Shown: positions 1 to 9,989 of the stretch, piece after piece
Numbering within the stretch: the first letter of the stretch is position 1
Layout: every line of letters starts with the position of its first letter
NCBI GenBank assembly: GCA_016872725.1
Contig: VGZC01000015.1
Location: forward strand, 2,271 to 66,270
Reading direction: 5' to 3'
Source of the DNA: Planctomycetota bacterium
GTDB taxonomy: Bacteria; Planctomycetota; Planctomycetia; Pirellulales; Pirellulaceae
DNA length: 64,000 nt
The notes under the pieces: generated by a model
Told to the model about the DNA's origin: nothing
Seen by the model: only the letters and a program-made list of their open reading frames with translations
The model's database searches: none
Position numbers and translations under genes: made by a program

Positions 1-1
1 C

Positions 2-784
2 CGCACGGCGATTGTCAATTATGTCTTGAACGCGTCGATGACCGGCTTGCTGGTGCTCGTCGGCATGGCCCTGTTGACCTACTATGTCCGCCACCGCAGC
101 GAACTGCCGCCCGGCGTCGCCGATGTCGGGGACCCCGAGTTCGCGGACCGGATGTTCCCTTATTTCATCGCCCATGCGTTGCCGACGGGGATTGCCGGTC
201 TGATCGTCGCGGGTGTTTTCGCGGTGGCCCAGTCGAGCATCGATTCGGGGATCAATTCGACGGCGACCGTATTGACCGTCGACGTGATCCTCCGACGCAC
301 GGGACCGATCAGTCAGGCCGCCGAACTGCGTCTGGTCCGCGTGCTGACGCTCCTGTTGGGCGCCGTGGTCACGCTGGCGGCGGTGGGGATCAGCCTGACG
401 ACGGGGAAGTTCAACATCATCGACATGCAAATGCGAAGTTTCAACTGCGTGCTCGGTCCCTTGGGGGCGATCTTCATGTCGGGCATTCTGTTGCCGCATG
501 TCGGAGGCCGAGCCGCGTTCACGGCCGGCATCCTGGGCGCGGCGATCGGAGCGTTTCTCGGATACGGAGGCTTGCTGCCCGGTTTTCCGAGCCCCTCGTC
601 GTTGCTCGTGATCCCCCTTTCCTGGCTCGCGACATTCACGCTGGCCGCCGTGATCGGCGGATTGATGGAAGGGCCTCGTCCCGAACAGGTGCGCGGGCTG
701 ACCTGGCAGAGCGCGCGGCGCGGCGAGTCGCGCGTGACGGTTCCACGCGACTATTCCACCGGTTCGCTGCCGAGTCCCTTGTAG
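2..784 (+). CDS. sodium:solute symporter (SSS) family transporter, C-terminal part; 5' end lies outside the window
   Basis: The frame is open from base 2 into listed ORF 26..784, whose listed start is TTG. The sequence is multi-TM and hydrophobic. GIAGLIVAGVFAVAQSSIDSGINSTATVLTVD resembles the conserved late-TM region of SSS transporters (recognised from memory, not searched). Confidence 0.6.
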   Translation, partial: RTAIVNYVLNASMTGLLVLVGMALLTYYVRHRSELPPGVADVGDPEFADRMFPYFIAHALPTGIAGLIVAGVFAVAQSSIDSGINSTATVLTVDVILRRTGPISQAAELRLVRVLTLLLGAVVTLAAVGISLTTGKFNIIDMQMRSFNCVLGPLGAIFMSGILLPHVGGRAAFTAGILGAAIGAFLGYGGLLPGFPSPSSLLVIPLSWLATFTLAAVIGGLMEGPRPEQVRGLTWQSARRGESRVTVPRDYSTGSLPSPL

Positions 785-1986
785 CGGCGCAGTCGAGGCG
801 ACGTGAAGGCGACGGCCGCGACCACGACGATCGTTCCGACTCCGCCGCTCACCACCGACCACGTCGGCGTCAACAGGCCGGCCACGGCGCCGGACTCGAA
901 TCCGCCCAGTTCGTTCGACGCGCCGATGAACAGGCTGTTGATCGCCGACACGCGCCCGCGCAGGTGATTGGGGGTCAGGACCTGGACGAGCGTATGGCGG
1001 ATGACGACGCTGATGTTGTCGAACGCTCCCGTCAAGAAGAGCATGGCGAGCGAGAGGCCGAAATGGCGAGAGAGGCCGAAGACGATCGTCGCGGCGCCGA
1101 ATCCGACGACGGCCCATAGCAGGGTCACGCCCGCGTTTCGGAACGGAGGCCTGCGCGCGAGGACGACCGACATCAGGAGCGCGCCGACCGCGGGAGCCGA
1201 ACGCAGCCAGCCGAGCCCCTCGGGGCCGACGTGGAGGATGTCGTCCGCGTAGACCGGCAAAAGGGTGACGGCCCCGCCGAGCAGCACGGCGAACATGTCG
1301 AGTGTGATGGCGCCGAGCACGACCTGGTTCCTTCCGAGGAACGCGAATCCGGCCGCCAGGTCGCGGAACGTGACCGCCTTCGGTTCCCGCTCGGACGGTT
1401 CGACGGTAACACCCATGAGACACACGATGAAGCTTGCCGCGGCGAGCGCGTCGAGGCCGTAGACCAACGCGGCCCCGCCGCACCACGCGATCGTGAACCC
1501 GCCGAGCGCCGGCCCCAGAACCGACGCGAGATGGAAGCTGCCCATCCCCCAAGTCACTGCGTTGGAGAAGATGGCGAGCGGAACGAGTTGGGGGGCGAGC
1601 GACGCCTTGGCCGGTTGCTGGAATGCACGCGCCGTGCCGGTCACGGCGAGGAACGCGTACATCCAGCCGATTCCGGCGCCCGTGGTCGACGCCCAGGCGA
1701 GCCCGCACGATGCCGCCATCATCACGAATGCGGAGACCATGGCGACGCGCCGACGATCGAACGTGTCCGCGACGTGGCCGGCGGGAAGAACGAACAAGAC
1801 GACGGGAAGGAACTGCACGAGTCCGACGTAGGCGAGGCACCAGTTCGATCGCGTCCGCTGGTAGATCTCCCAGCCGACGGCCACGGACTGCATTTGGGTC
1901 CCAAGCACGGTGAGGAAATTGCCGGTCAGGAACCGGCGAAAACTCCGATGGCGGATCGCCGCGCAGGGGTCGTGGGGAACGGACAT
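751..1986 (-). CDS. MFS transporter (EntS/MFS_3-like)
   Basis: ATG at 1986 (MSVPHDP...), 411 aa, hydrophobic throughout. It has an MFS motif-A-like PAGHVADTFDRRRV. The remaining 5' part of listed ORF 751..3132 is R/D/E-rich antisense of the OPT gene and is not counted. The 3' end overlaps the convergent symporter by 34 nt. Confidence 0.8.
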   Translation of the reverse strand: MSVPHDPCAAIRHRSFRRFLTGNFLTVLGTQMQSVAVGWEIYQRTRSNWCLAYVGLVQFLPVVLFVLPAGHVADTFDRRRVAMVSAFVMMAASCGLAWASTTGAGIGWMYAFLAVTGTARAFQQPAKASLAPQLVPLAIFSNAVTWGMGSFHLASVLGPALGGFTIAWCGGAALVYGLDALAAASFIVCLMGVTVEPSEREPKAVTFRDLAAGFAFLGRNQVVLGAITLDMFAVLLGGAVTLLPVYADDILHVGPEGLGWLRSAPAVGALLMSVVLARRPPFRNAGVTLLWAVVGFGAATIVFGLSRHFGLSLAMLFLTGAFDNISVVIRHTLVQVLTPNHLRGRVSAINSLFIGASNELGGFESGAVAGLLTPTWSVVSGGVGTIVVVAAVAFTSPRLRRYKGLGSEPVE

Positions 1987-2202
1987 CGGGGTGATCGGCT
2001 CCTGAGCGTCGGCGTGCGTCGGTCCGCACCCACTTTCACGCGAATCGGCTTGCGGGTCAACGGCATGGCGTTCCCGCAAGCGGCGCCCGGGTGGCGCAGG
2101 CCGCGCCGGTCGAGTACACTCATCGGCATTCGGCCGCCCGAGCACGACGCCGTCGTCGGCCTGCCGACGCTCGCCATTGTGTTGAGATCCGGAGACGTCC
2201 GC

Positions 2203-3975
2203 ATGGGAATCCGCGACGCGTCCTCGAATGACCGAATCGTGAGGCACGGGCCCTATCCGGAATTGACGTGGCCCGGGATTCTGGTCGGTTGGGTGCTGGG
2301 ATCGCTCATCACGGTCTCGATCGGCTACGCGTCGCTCATCCTGGGCTTCTCGATCGAGGGTTCCGAACTCGCCGCGATCCTCGGCTGGGGCATCTTGCGG
2401 GGCATGTTGCGGCGCACGAGCATCGTCGAGAACAACATCAACCAGACGCTCGCGTCCGCGGTCAACGGCGCGTCGGCCGGCATGATGTTCTCGATTCCGG
2501 CGCTCTTCATCCTGAGCGATCGCCTGCGGATGCCGTCGCTGATCGAATTCGACCGGTCGCTCATGGTCCTCGCGTGCATCACCGGAGGCATCATCGGGCT
2601 CGCGTTCGTGATCCCCCTGCGAAAACAGATGATCGACTTCGACCGTCTGGCGTATCCGGGCGGCATCGCGGTCGCGACGATCCTCAAATCGCCGGGCGCC
2701 GGCATTCGCAAGGCGATGTTGCTGCTTTCCGGGGGAGCCCTTTCGGCGGCCGCCCATTTCGCAACCATCCATTTCCTCGGAGATCACGCCGAATGGGAGG
2801 CGGGCAAGCAATGGGGTTGGCCGTCGTATCTGAACATCACGTTCTTTCTGTCGATGATGACGGTCGGCGTCGGCTTCCTGTCGGGCAAGGGCGGGTTCTG
2901 GTTTGGAGCGGGTGGGTTCGTCTGCTACTGGGTACTCGCGCCGCTCGTCGCGTTCGCGGGCCAGCCGGACGCGTCGTTGTCGGACGCGATCCGACTCAAC
3001 GCGAAAGAAGTGCCCGACCTGCTGCGAGTCGGCCTTTTCCGGCCGGTGGGAATCGGCATGTTGATCGGCGCCGCGCTCGGCGGTATTGTCGCCGCGTTTC
3101 CGCTTATTCGCAGCGCGTTCCATGCCTTGCATGAGGCCCGCTCCCAGGGCGGCAAGAGGGCCGGACAGGACGAACTGCCCGTGACGTTGCTTTACGGCGC
3201 GATCGGGGTCGGGACGTTGGCCATGATCGGGATCGTGATGGCGAGCGTGGACGATTTGTCATGGCCGCGGGCGACGCTCATGGTCCTGCTCGGGACGCTT
3301 TGGATTTGGGTCGCGGGCGTGATCGTATCGGAGTGCCTTGGCCGCACGAACTGGTCGCCCTTATCGGGCATGACGCTGATCGGCGTCACGATCGTGATCC
3401 TGGTGGCTCGAAAGGCCGTGCCCGATCCGAGCGCGATTGTCGCGTCGGTGATCCTTGGTGCGGCGATTTGCGTCGCCATCGCGCAGGCCGGCGACATGAT
3501 GCTCGACCTCAAGTCGGGCTACCTGATCGGCGCGGTCCCGCGGCGCCAGCAGATCGCGCAGTTGCTCGGAGCCTGGCTCGGTCCGATCATCGTGATGTTC
3601 CTCGTGTTCGCGCTCCATGAAAAATACACGCTCGGCAGCGAGAAACTCCCCGCGCCGCAAGGCGCGGCGCTCGCCGGAATGATCGAGGGAATCCTCGGCG
3701 CGAACGTGCCCGCGTATCGCTATGTCGCGGGGGCCGGGCTGGGCGCGATGCTCGCGTCGAGCGGATTGGGAGGGATCGGCGTGCTCATCGGACTCGGTTT
3801 CTACATGCCGTTCAGCACGGTCCTCACCTATACGATCGGCTGCATCGCGCGGGTCGGCATCGACCGCTGGAAAGGCCCGCGTTTCTCGGAGGAAGTCGGC
3901 ATCCCGTTCGCTTCGGGCCTGATCGTCGGCGAGGCGCTTATCGGGGTCGGATCGGCGCTCGTACAGATTTTTTAG
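2203..3975 (+). CDS. OPT family oligopeptide transporter
   Basis: ATG at 2203, in frame with ORF 1231..3975; 590 aa polytopic membrane protein. ELAAILGWGILRGMLRRTSIVENNINQTLASAVNGASAGMMFSIPAL is typical of the OPT superfamily. Confidence 0.8.
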   Translation: MGIRDASSNDRIVRHGPYPELTWPGILVGWVLGSLITVSIGYASLILGFSIEGSELAAILGWGILRGMLRRTSIVENNINQTLASAVNGASAGMMFSIPALFILSDRLRMPSLIEFDRSLMVLACITGGIIGLAFVIPLRKQMIDFDRLAYPGGIAVATILKSPGAGIRKAMLLLSGGALSAAAHFATIHFLGDHAEWEAGKQWGWPSYLNITFFLSMMTVGVGFLSGKGGFWFGAGGFVCYWVLAPLVAFAGQPDASLSDAIRLNAKEVPDLLRVGLFRPVGIGMLIGAALGGIVAAFPLIRSAFHALHEARSQGGKRAGQDELPVTLLYGAIGVGTLAMIGIVMASVDDLSWPRATLMVLLGTLWIWVAGVIVSECLGRTNWSPLSGMTLIGVTIVILVARKAVPDPSAIVASVILGAAICVAIAQAGDMMLDLKSGYLIGAVPRRQQIAQLLGAWLGPIIVMFLVFALHEKYTLGSEKLPAPQGAALAGMIEGILGANVPAYRYVAGAGLGAMLASSGLGGIGVLIGLGFYMPFSTVLTYTIGCIARVGIDRWKGPRFSEEVGIPFASGLIVGEALIGVGSALVQIF

Positions 3976-3983
3976 GACGAACC

Positions 3984-4565
3984 ATGTCTTCCATGCGTGT
4001 TTTCGGCCAGATCCTGCTCTGGATCGGGTTCTTCGTGGCGGCGTTCGCGGCCGTGGCCCGCGAGGAGAACAGGGACAACAAATGGGCGTCGATCCCGTGG
4101 CCCGTGTACGCGGGCGGACTCGCCGTCGGAATCGCCGGCGTCGCCGTCCTGCGTTCGTCGCGGGCATCGCGAGCGGCCGGTTCGGCGGCGGACGACGGCC
4201 GATGGGAATCGATCCAATCGGGGTCCGCCGATCTGGTGCGGCGAATGGCCGTTCTGTTCGCCGCGCGGCACGCGATCGATGTGTACGAAGTGCGGACGTT
4301 CATTGACGACGAGCTGGCCGAACCGCTGGCGCGGTTCGCGAATGCGAGGCAGGCGATCGCCGACCGGTTCGGACTCGCCGATTACGCGCGCTTGATGACC
4401 GAGTTCGCGAGCGGGGAACGCGCCGTGAATCGGGCCTGGTCGGCCTCGGCCGACGGCTATATTGACGAGGTGTGGATGTCGCTCGGCACGGCGCGCGAAC
4501 GGTTCGAACGTCTCGCGGCGCTCGTCGACGCGATCCTCCCCCTCAAGTCGCCGCAAGCGACCTGA
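3984..4565 (+). CDS. hypothetical membrane protein (two N-terminal TM helices plus a soluble helical domain)
   Basis: ATG at 3984, 8 nt after the OPT stop; 193 aa. Has TM-like segments FGQILLWIGFFVAAFAAV and VYAGGLAVGIAGVAVL. No family recognised. Confidence 0.55.
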   Translation: MSSMRVFGQILLWIGFFVAAFAAVAREENRDNKWASIPWPVYAGGLAVGIAGVAVLRSSRASRAAGSAADDGRWESIQSGSADLVRRMAVLFAARHAIDVYEVRTFIDDELAEPLARFANARQAIADRFGLADYARLMTEFASGERAVNRAWSASADGYIDEVWMSLGTARERFERLAALVDAILPLKSPQAT

Positions 4566-4597
4566 TTTCCGACCGAATCCAAGAAGGACGTGTTGCC

Positions 4598-7500
4598 ATG
4601 GATGCCGCTCGGACCGGAAGCCGGCCGTTCACCCACCTGCATTGCCACAGCCACTACAGCCTGCTCGACGGCGCCGCGCCGATCGGCCGGCTCGTCAAAC
4701 GCGCCAAGGAGCTCGGCATGAACGCCTTGGCGCTGACCGATCACGGCAATCTGCACGGCGCGCTGGACTTCTACAAGAAGGCGAAGGCGGAGGGAATCAA
4801 CCCGATCCTCGGGTATGAGGCGTACATCGCGCCCGGGAGCCGGTTCTCCCGCGAGGCCAGTTCGATGAAAGAGGCCAGCTACCATCTCACGCTGCTCGCC
4901 CGCGACCGCACGGGGTTCCGCAATCTGATCCGGCTCGCGTCGAGCGCCATGCTCGAGGGATTCTATTTCAAACCCCGCATCGACAAGGAACTCCTCGCGG
5001 CGCACAGCGAGGGCTTGATCTGCCTGAGCGGATGCGTATCGAGCGAGCTGAGTCGAGCGATTTTGCGAACGGGCGATTTGGATGAGGAAGCGATCCGCGA
5101 CGCCGAGCCGGTCGCGGCGTGGTTCGCGTCGGTGTTCGGCGACCGGTATTTCCTCGAGATCATGAACAACGGCGTCGACGTGCAGCGGCTCGCCCTCGAA
5201 GGCACGGTGCGCCTCGCGCGGCGCATGGGCCTGCCGCTCGTGGCGACGAGCGACTGCCATTACGTGAATGCCGACGAAGCCGACGTGCAGGACGTCCTGC
5301 TGTGCATCAACACGGGCAAGTTCCGGACCGACACGAACCGCATGCGCATGGACGGTGACCAATACTATCTTCGGGGTCCCGAGGAGATGTACACGGCGTT
5401 TCCGGGGCTTGAGGACGCCGTCGCCCAAAGCCAGACGATCGCCGACAGCGTCGACATCGATCTGGAGCTTGGAAAACGCCATTTCCCCACGTTCCGGCTC
5501 GAAGCCGGCCAGACGGCCGAAGGCCTTCTGCGGGAGCTTTGCGTCGCGGGTCTGCGCGACCGCTACGCGGACGATCCCCGGAAATGTCCGGAAGGCGAAC
5601 TTGCCCCGTTTGTCCTCGAACGCCTCGATCATGAACTCGACGTCATCAATCGGCTCGATTTCCCCAACTACTTCCTGATCGTCTGGGACTTCGTTCGTCA
5701 GGCGCGGACGATGGACATTCCGGCCACGGCGCGGGGGAGCGGCGTGGGAGCGATCGTGTCGTACGCGCTGTACCTCAGCCATGTTTGCCCCATCGATTAC
5801 GACCTGCTCTTCGAACGGTTCCTCGATTTGAACCGTCGTGAAGCGCCGGACATCGACATCGACTTCTGCAAGGACCGTCGCGGGGAGATCATCCGGTACG
5901 TCAAGGAGAAGTACGGCGAGGAGAACGTCGCGCAGATCGGCACGTTCGGAACGCTCGCCGCGCGCGCCGCGATCCGCGACGTCGGGCGCGTATTGGGGTT
6001 GGCCGTGAGCCGGGTCAACCAGATCGTCGCGATGGTTCCCGAGGAACTCGGCATCACGCTCGCCACGGCGCTGGAGAAGGGCGATGAACTTCGGGACGTT
6101 TACGAACGGGACGCCGAGATTCGCGAGCTGATCGATTACGCGCGCCGCATCGAGGGCCTCGCGCGCAACGTCGGGACGCACGCCGCCGCGGTCGTCATCG
6201 CCGACCAACCGCTCACCGAATATGTCCCATTGGGCCGCGTCACGGGCAAGGACGACGTCATCACGCAATGGTCGATGGGGGATGTCGAGGCGGCCGGGCT
6301 CTTGAAGATGGACTTCTTGGGGCTGCGCAATCTCACCGTCCTCGCGAAGGCGGTCGAGATCATCGAGCGGACAACGGGCCGGCGCGTCGATCCGCATCGG
6401 TTTCCCCTCGATGACCCGGCGACGTTCGCCCTCTTGTGCCGCGGGGAAACGAAGGGCGTTTTTCAGCTCGAGAGTGGCGGCATCCGCGACCTTCTCCAGC
6501 GCATGAAGCCCGACCATTTCCGGGACATCATCGCGACCAACGCCCTCTATCGGCCCGGCCCGCTCGAAGGCGGCATGGTCGACGACTACGTCGCCGTGAA
6601 GCACGGCAAGAAGAAGGCCGTCTACAAACACCCCGTGCTGGAGGACATTCTCGAGGAAACACATGGCGTCATGGTCTATCAAGAACAGGTCATGCGCATC
6701 CTCAATCGACTCGGCGGAATCGATTTGGCCGCCGCCTATACGTGCATCAAGGCGATCAGCAAGAAGAAGGAGGAGTTGATCGAGGCGAACCACGGAAAAT
6801 TCACCGAGGGCGCCATCGAGCGGGGGTTATTGAAGGCCGACGCCGAGGAACTTTGGCAGCTCATCATCAAGTTCGCCGGTTACGGCTTCAACAAGAGCCA
6901 CTCGACCGCGTACGCGCTCATCGCCTACCAGACCGCGTACCTCAAGGCCCATCATCCGGTCGAATTCATGGCCGCCCTCCTGTCGGGCGATATTCAAGGC
7001 CGCAACTTCAAGAGGAAGGACTCGCTCGTTGAACACATCGAGGATTGCGGGCGCATGGACATTTCAGTCGTGCCTCCGAACGTGAATGAGTCGGACACCG
7101 AGTTCACGGTTCGCGACGGCCGAATCCACTTCGGGCTCTCCGCCATCAAGGGCTGCGGCGGCTCGGCCGCCGATGCCGTCGTTCGCGAACGCAAGGCGAA
7201 CGGTCCGTTCCGCGACATGTTCGACTATTGCGAACGGGTCGACCCGTCGGCGGCCGGCCGCGCCGTGCTCGAAACGCTGATCAAGGCCGGCGCATTCGAC
7301 GCCTTTGGCGCGAGACGGCGCCAGTTGTTCGAAGTCATCGACCGGGCCGTTCAGGCCGGCGCGTCGGCCCAGGCCGATCGGCGGCGCGGCCAACCGTCCC
7401 TCTTCGAGGATCTCGACGACGACGATCGGCGAGACTCGGCGGCGTCCCTTCCCAACGTCCCCGAATTCGATGAGCGCGAGATGCTCGCATTTGAAAAGGA

Positions 7501-8176
7501 CGTTCTTGGATTCTACCTATCGAGCCATCCCCTGGCCCAATACGAACGCGTGCTCGCACAGTACCGCACCCATACCACGGCCAATCTCGCGCGGCTACAA
7601 CACCGCGACGAAGTCACGCTCGGCGGTATGCTCTCCGCCATCAAGTTCTCGCATACGCGGAACGGCAAGCCCGGTGCGCCGAACCGGTTCGCGAATTTCG
7701 ATCTCGAGGACGCCGACGGCGCGGTCCGCTGTATCCTCTGGCCCGATGAATGTGAACGGTGCGGACACCTCGTGCAGCCCGATTCCATTCTCCTCGTTCG
7801 CGGCTCCGTCGATCGCAGCCGAGGCGAGGAGGCCAACCTGATCGTCAATGACCTCATCCCCCTCGATGACGCGGAACGACTTTTCACGTCCGGCATCCGG
7901 GTTCGGATCGACGCCCGCCACCATCCCCCCGAGACGTTGACGCATGTCCGCGACATTGTGAGGGGCTATCCGGGCAATTGCGAATTGCAACTCGTACTCG
8001 CACTCGAGGACGGGACCCATGTGATCATGCGGTCAGGACGATTCCGGATCGCCGTGCAGCCCGAGCTCCGCCAACGGCTCGACGACCTCTTGACGCCCGG
8101 CCACTATTCCCTGATCGCCGCACCGCCCCGAAGCGGCCGTTCGACCGGTTCGTATCGCCGACAAGGCTCGACGTAA
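4598..8176 (+). CDS. dnaE: DNA polymerase III alpha subunit
   Basis: ATG at 4598; 1192 aa. N-terminal PHP motif FTHLHCHSHYSLLDG, and DnaE-type polymerase core and OB-fold regions are readable along the whole translation. Confidence 0.95.
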   Translation: MDAARTGSRPFTHLHCHSHYSLLDGAAPIGRLVKRAKELGMNALALTDHGNLHGALDFYKKAKAEGINPILGYEAYIAPGSRFSREASSMKEASYHLTLLARDRTGFRNLIRLASSAMLEGFYFKPRIDKELLAAHSEGLICLSGCVSSELSRAILRTGDLDEEAIRDAEPVAAWFASVFGDRYFLEIMNNGVDVQRLALEGTVRLARRMGLPLVATSDCHYVNADEADVQDVLLCINTGKFRTDTNRMRMDGDQYYLRGPEEMYTAFPGLEDAVAQSQTIADSVDIDLELGKRHFPTFRLEAGQTAEGLLRELCVAGLRDRYADDPRKCPEGELAPFVLERLDHELDVINRLDFPNYFLIVWDFVRQARTMDIPATARGSGVGAIVSYALYLSHVCPIDYDLLFERFLDLNRREAPDIDIDFCKDRRGEIIRYVKEKYGEENVAQIGTFGTLAARAAIRDVGRVLGLAVSRVNQIVAMVPEELGITLATALEKGDELRDVYERDAEIRELIDYARRIEGLARNVGTHAAAVVIADQPLTEYVPLGRVTGKDDVITQWSMGDVEAAGLLKMDFLGLRNLTVLAKAVEIIERTTGRRVDPHRFPLDDPATFALLCRGETKGVFQLESGGIRDLLQRMKPDHFRDIIATNALYRPGPLEGGMVDDYVAVKHGKKKAVYKHPVLEDILEETHGVMVYQEQVMRILNRLGGIDLAAAYTCIKAISKKKEELIEANHGKFTEGAIERGLLKADAEELWQLIIKFAGYGFNKSHSTAYALIAYQTAYLKAHHPVEFMAALLSGDIQGRNFKRKDSLVEHIEDCGRMDISVVPPNVNESDTEFTVRDGRIHFGLSAIKGCGGSAADAVVRERKANGPFRDMFDYCERVDPSAAGRAVLETLIKAGAFDAFGARRRQLFEVIDRAVQAGASAQADRRRGQPSLFEDLDDDDRRDSAASLPNVPEFDEREMLAFEKDVLGFYLSSHPLAQYERVLAQYRTHTTANLARLQHRDEVTLGGMLSAIKFSHTRNGKPGAPNRFANFDLEDADGAVRCILWPDECERCGHLVQPDSILLVRGSVDRSRGEEANLIVNDLIPLDDAERLFTSGIRVRIDARHHPPETLTHVRDIVRGYPGNCELQLVLALEDGTHVIMRSGRFRIAVQPELRQRLDDLLTPGHYSLIAAPPRSGRSTGSYRRQGST

Positions 8177-8576
8177 ACCTCGGAAGCGAGTCGGTGGGAA
8201 GGGGCCTTTCGGCGTCCCCAACGGTCGGTTGTGGCGAATCGCTTGCCATACGGCGTTTTGCGGTGCCCCCCTCGCCTCCGTCCGGCGGGCCTGGCGGCTC
8301 GCCGGACTCGGCTTCGGGTTCCACGCCTTGCCCTACGTCCGACTTTTCGGGTTTTCTTGCGTTACCCATTTTGCCCAATTATCATCAAGTCAGCGAATGC
8401 ACGGGTGGCCAACCGGCCAACGTATGCCAATGCGCCGATCCCGGCGCGAACCGGCATCCGGGAAAACCGAAAAAGCACCAAAAACACGCCCATGGTCGGA
8501 CCGCGTTGGCGGAAGTCCGTTGGGCGTACCGGACACGAGAGTCGGCGTACCGCAGTACCGTTGGGAGGAAGATCGC

Positions 8577-9989
8577 ATGTTTCGGGGACGAATGCAGGTC
8601 CTGTCCTGGGTGGCGATGGCATCCATGGTATTGACGGGCCATCGCGCGGTGCTCGCTCAGGGCGGCGGTGGCGGCGGTGGCGGCGGGGTCGGTGGTGGGG
8701 GCCAACAGCTCGCCGGTGTCGCCATCGACGCGGGCGGCGTGCTCTCGATTCAACTGGTTCGGGATCCTACGGGCGAATTGTCGCGGACACGGATGCGTGA
8801 GGCGACGAGCAAACTCGCGCCCGAGCTGGCTCGGCCGAGCACGCTGCGCAAGGTCTCGCTCAATCGTCTCGAAGGAACGCTCGCCGCGCGGCTCGCATCG
8901 GGCCAGGACGCGACCGAGGATATGCGGTATCTCGCGGGACTGACGCGCATCACGCACGTTTTCTACTATCCCGAGACGCGGGACATTGTGATCGCGGGGC
9001 CGGCCGAGGGATTCTTCCTGGATTTGACGGGCCGTCCGATCGGCCTGCATTCGGGGCGCGCGGTGATGGAGCTGGACGATCTGATCGTCGCGCTTCGTGC
9101 CTTTTCGCCCGACGGAATACGCACGCCGCTCATCGGCGTCTCGATCGACCCGACGCAGGAGGGCCTTCAGCGCCTGAATCAATTCCTGTCGGAGGTCGGC
9201 AACCGAGTTTCGCGGGGCAACGCGGCGCGGATCGCCGCGGGCGTCAAGCAGGCGCTCGGCCACCAGAACGTGTCGGTCACGGGCATTTCCACCAAGACCC
9301 ATTTTGCTCAAGTGCTGGTCGAGGCCGACTACCGCATGAAGCTGATCAGCGTCGCCCTGGAACGACCGCCGGTCGAGATCGGCAGCTACGTCGATCGGGC
9401 CAATCCGCGGGCCGTTTCCCGTAACGCGCTGGCTCGGTTCTACTTCACACCCAACTACGAGTGCGTCCGCGCCACGGAGGACGGACTGGCCATGCAACTG
9501 ACCGGGGACGGCGTGAAGTTGGTGACCGAACAGGAATTGGTGACGGGAACGGGCGAACGGGTGGACAGCGCGGGCGAAAACCGCGCGGCCGAGGGTTTCG
9601 CGGTGGCGTTCACCGAAAAGTACCCCGAGCTGGCCCAGCGGTCTCCCGTCTACGCGCAGATGCGGAATCTGATCGACTTATCGATCGCGGCGGCGTTCAT
9701 CCAGCAGCAGGACTACTACGCCCAATCCGGTTGGGAACTGGGCGTGTTCGCGAACGAGTCGGCCTATCCGATCGAGACACACGAGTCGCCCAGAACGGTC
9801 GAAAGCGCGGTGAACGCGATGTGGAAGGGCAACGTGTTCATGACGCCGATCGGCGGCGGCGTGAACATCCAGCCGAGGCAGGCGATCCAGGCGGATCGTA
9901 TCATCCCGGATCGCGATGGATCGCTCAAGGAGCAGCGGGAGCAGATCGGCGCGCCCAAGCTCGGCGACGGCCAGTGGTGGTGGGACTAG
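8577..9989 (+). CDS. DUF1598 domain-containing secreted protein
   Basis: ATG at 8577, preceded by GGGAGGAA. Has a signal peptide (MQVLSWVAMASMVLTGHRAVLA) and then a poly-Gly run. The body (RKVSLNRLE..., YLAGLTRITHVFYYPETRDIVIAGPAEGF...) resembles the planctomycetal DUF1598 family (from memory). Confidence 0.7.
   Translation: MFRGRMQVLSWVAMASMVLTGHRAVLAQGGGGGGGGGVGGGGQQLAGVAIDAGGVLSIQLVRDPTGELSRTRMREATSKLAPELARPSTLRKVSLNRLEGTLAARLASGQDATEDMRYLAGLTRITHVFYYPETRDIVIAGPAEGFFLDLTGRPIGLHSGRAVMELDDLIVALRAFSPDGIRTPLIGVSIDPTQEGLQRLNQFLSEVGNRVSRGNAARIAAGVKQALGHQNVSVTGISTKTHFAQVLVEADYRMKLISVALERPPVEIGSYVDRANPRAVSRNALARFYFTPNYECVRATEDGLAMQLTGDGVKLVTEQELVTGTGERVDSAGENRAAEGFAVAFTEKYPELAQRSPVYAQMRNLIDLSIAAAFIQQQDYYAQSGWELGVFANESAYPIETHESPRTVESAVNAMWKGNVFMTPIGGGVNIQPRQAIQADRIIPDRDGSLKEQREQIGAPKLGDGQWWWD

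Noticed and set aside
1987-2202. GGGGTGATCGGCTCCTGAGCG, superficially like the start of a TPP riboswitch
   Set aside because: It lacks the conserved CUGAGA and ACCUGAUCUGGAUAAUGCCAGCG elements, and it lies in a divergent promoter region between two transporters.
1987-3132. N-terminal 380 codons of listed ORF 751..3132, and the first 324 codons of ORF 1231..3975
   Set aside because: Each extension is the antisense of the neighbouring real transporter gene and has Arg/Asp/Glu-rich nonsense composition. Good ATG starts (1986 and 2203) sit exactly where the membrane-protein sequence begins.
4457-6793. 778-aa ORF on the minus strand
   Set aside because: It lies entirely antisense to dnaE, which has unmistakable motifs. 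The translation is R/D/G/A/V-rich with no recognisable domain. This is a typical GC-rich antisense artefact.
8177-8576. 400-nt non-coding gap after dnaE, with an AT-richer island (about 8340-8400), examined for a structured RNA
   Set aside because: I could not recognise SRP, 6S, tmRNA, RNase P or riboswitch core motifs. It is most simply the dnaE 3' region plus the promoter and leader of the DUF1598 gene. A covariance-model scan (Rfam/Infernal) would be needed to say more.
9986-9989. Convergent genes sharing a CTAG stop/stop overlap
   Set aside because: This is a trivial 4-nt overlap of TAG stops on opposite strands, with no functional implication.
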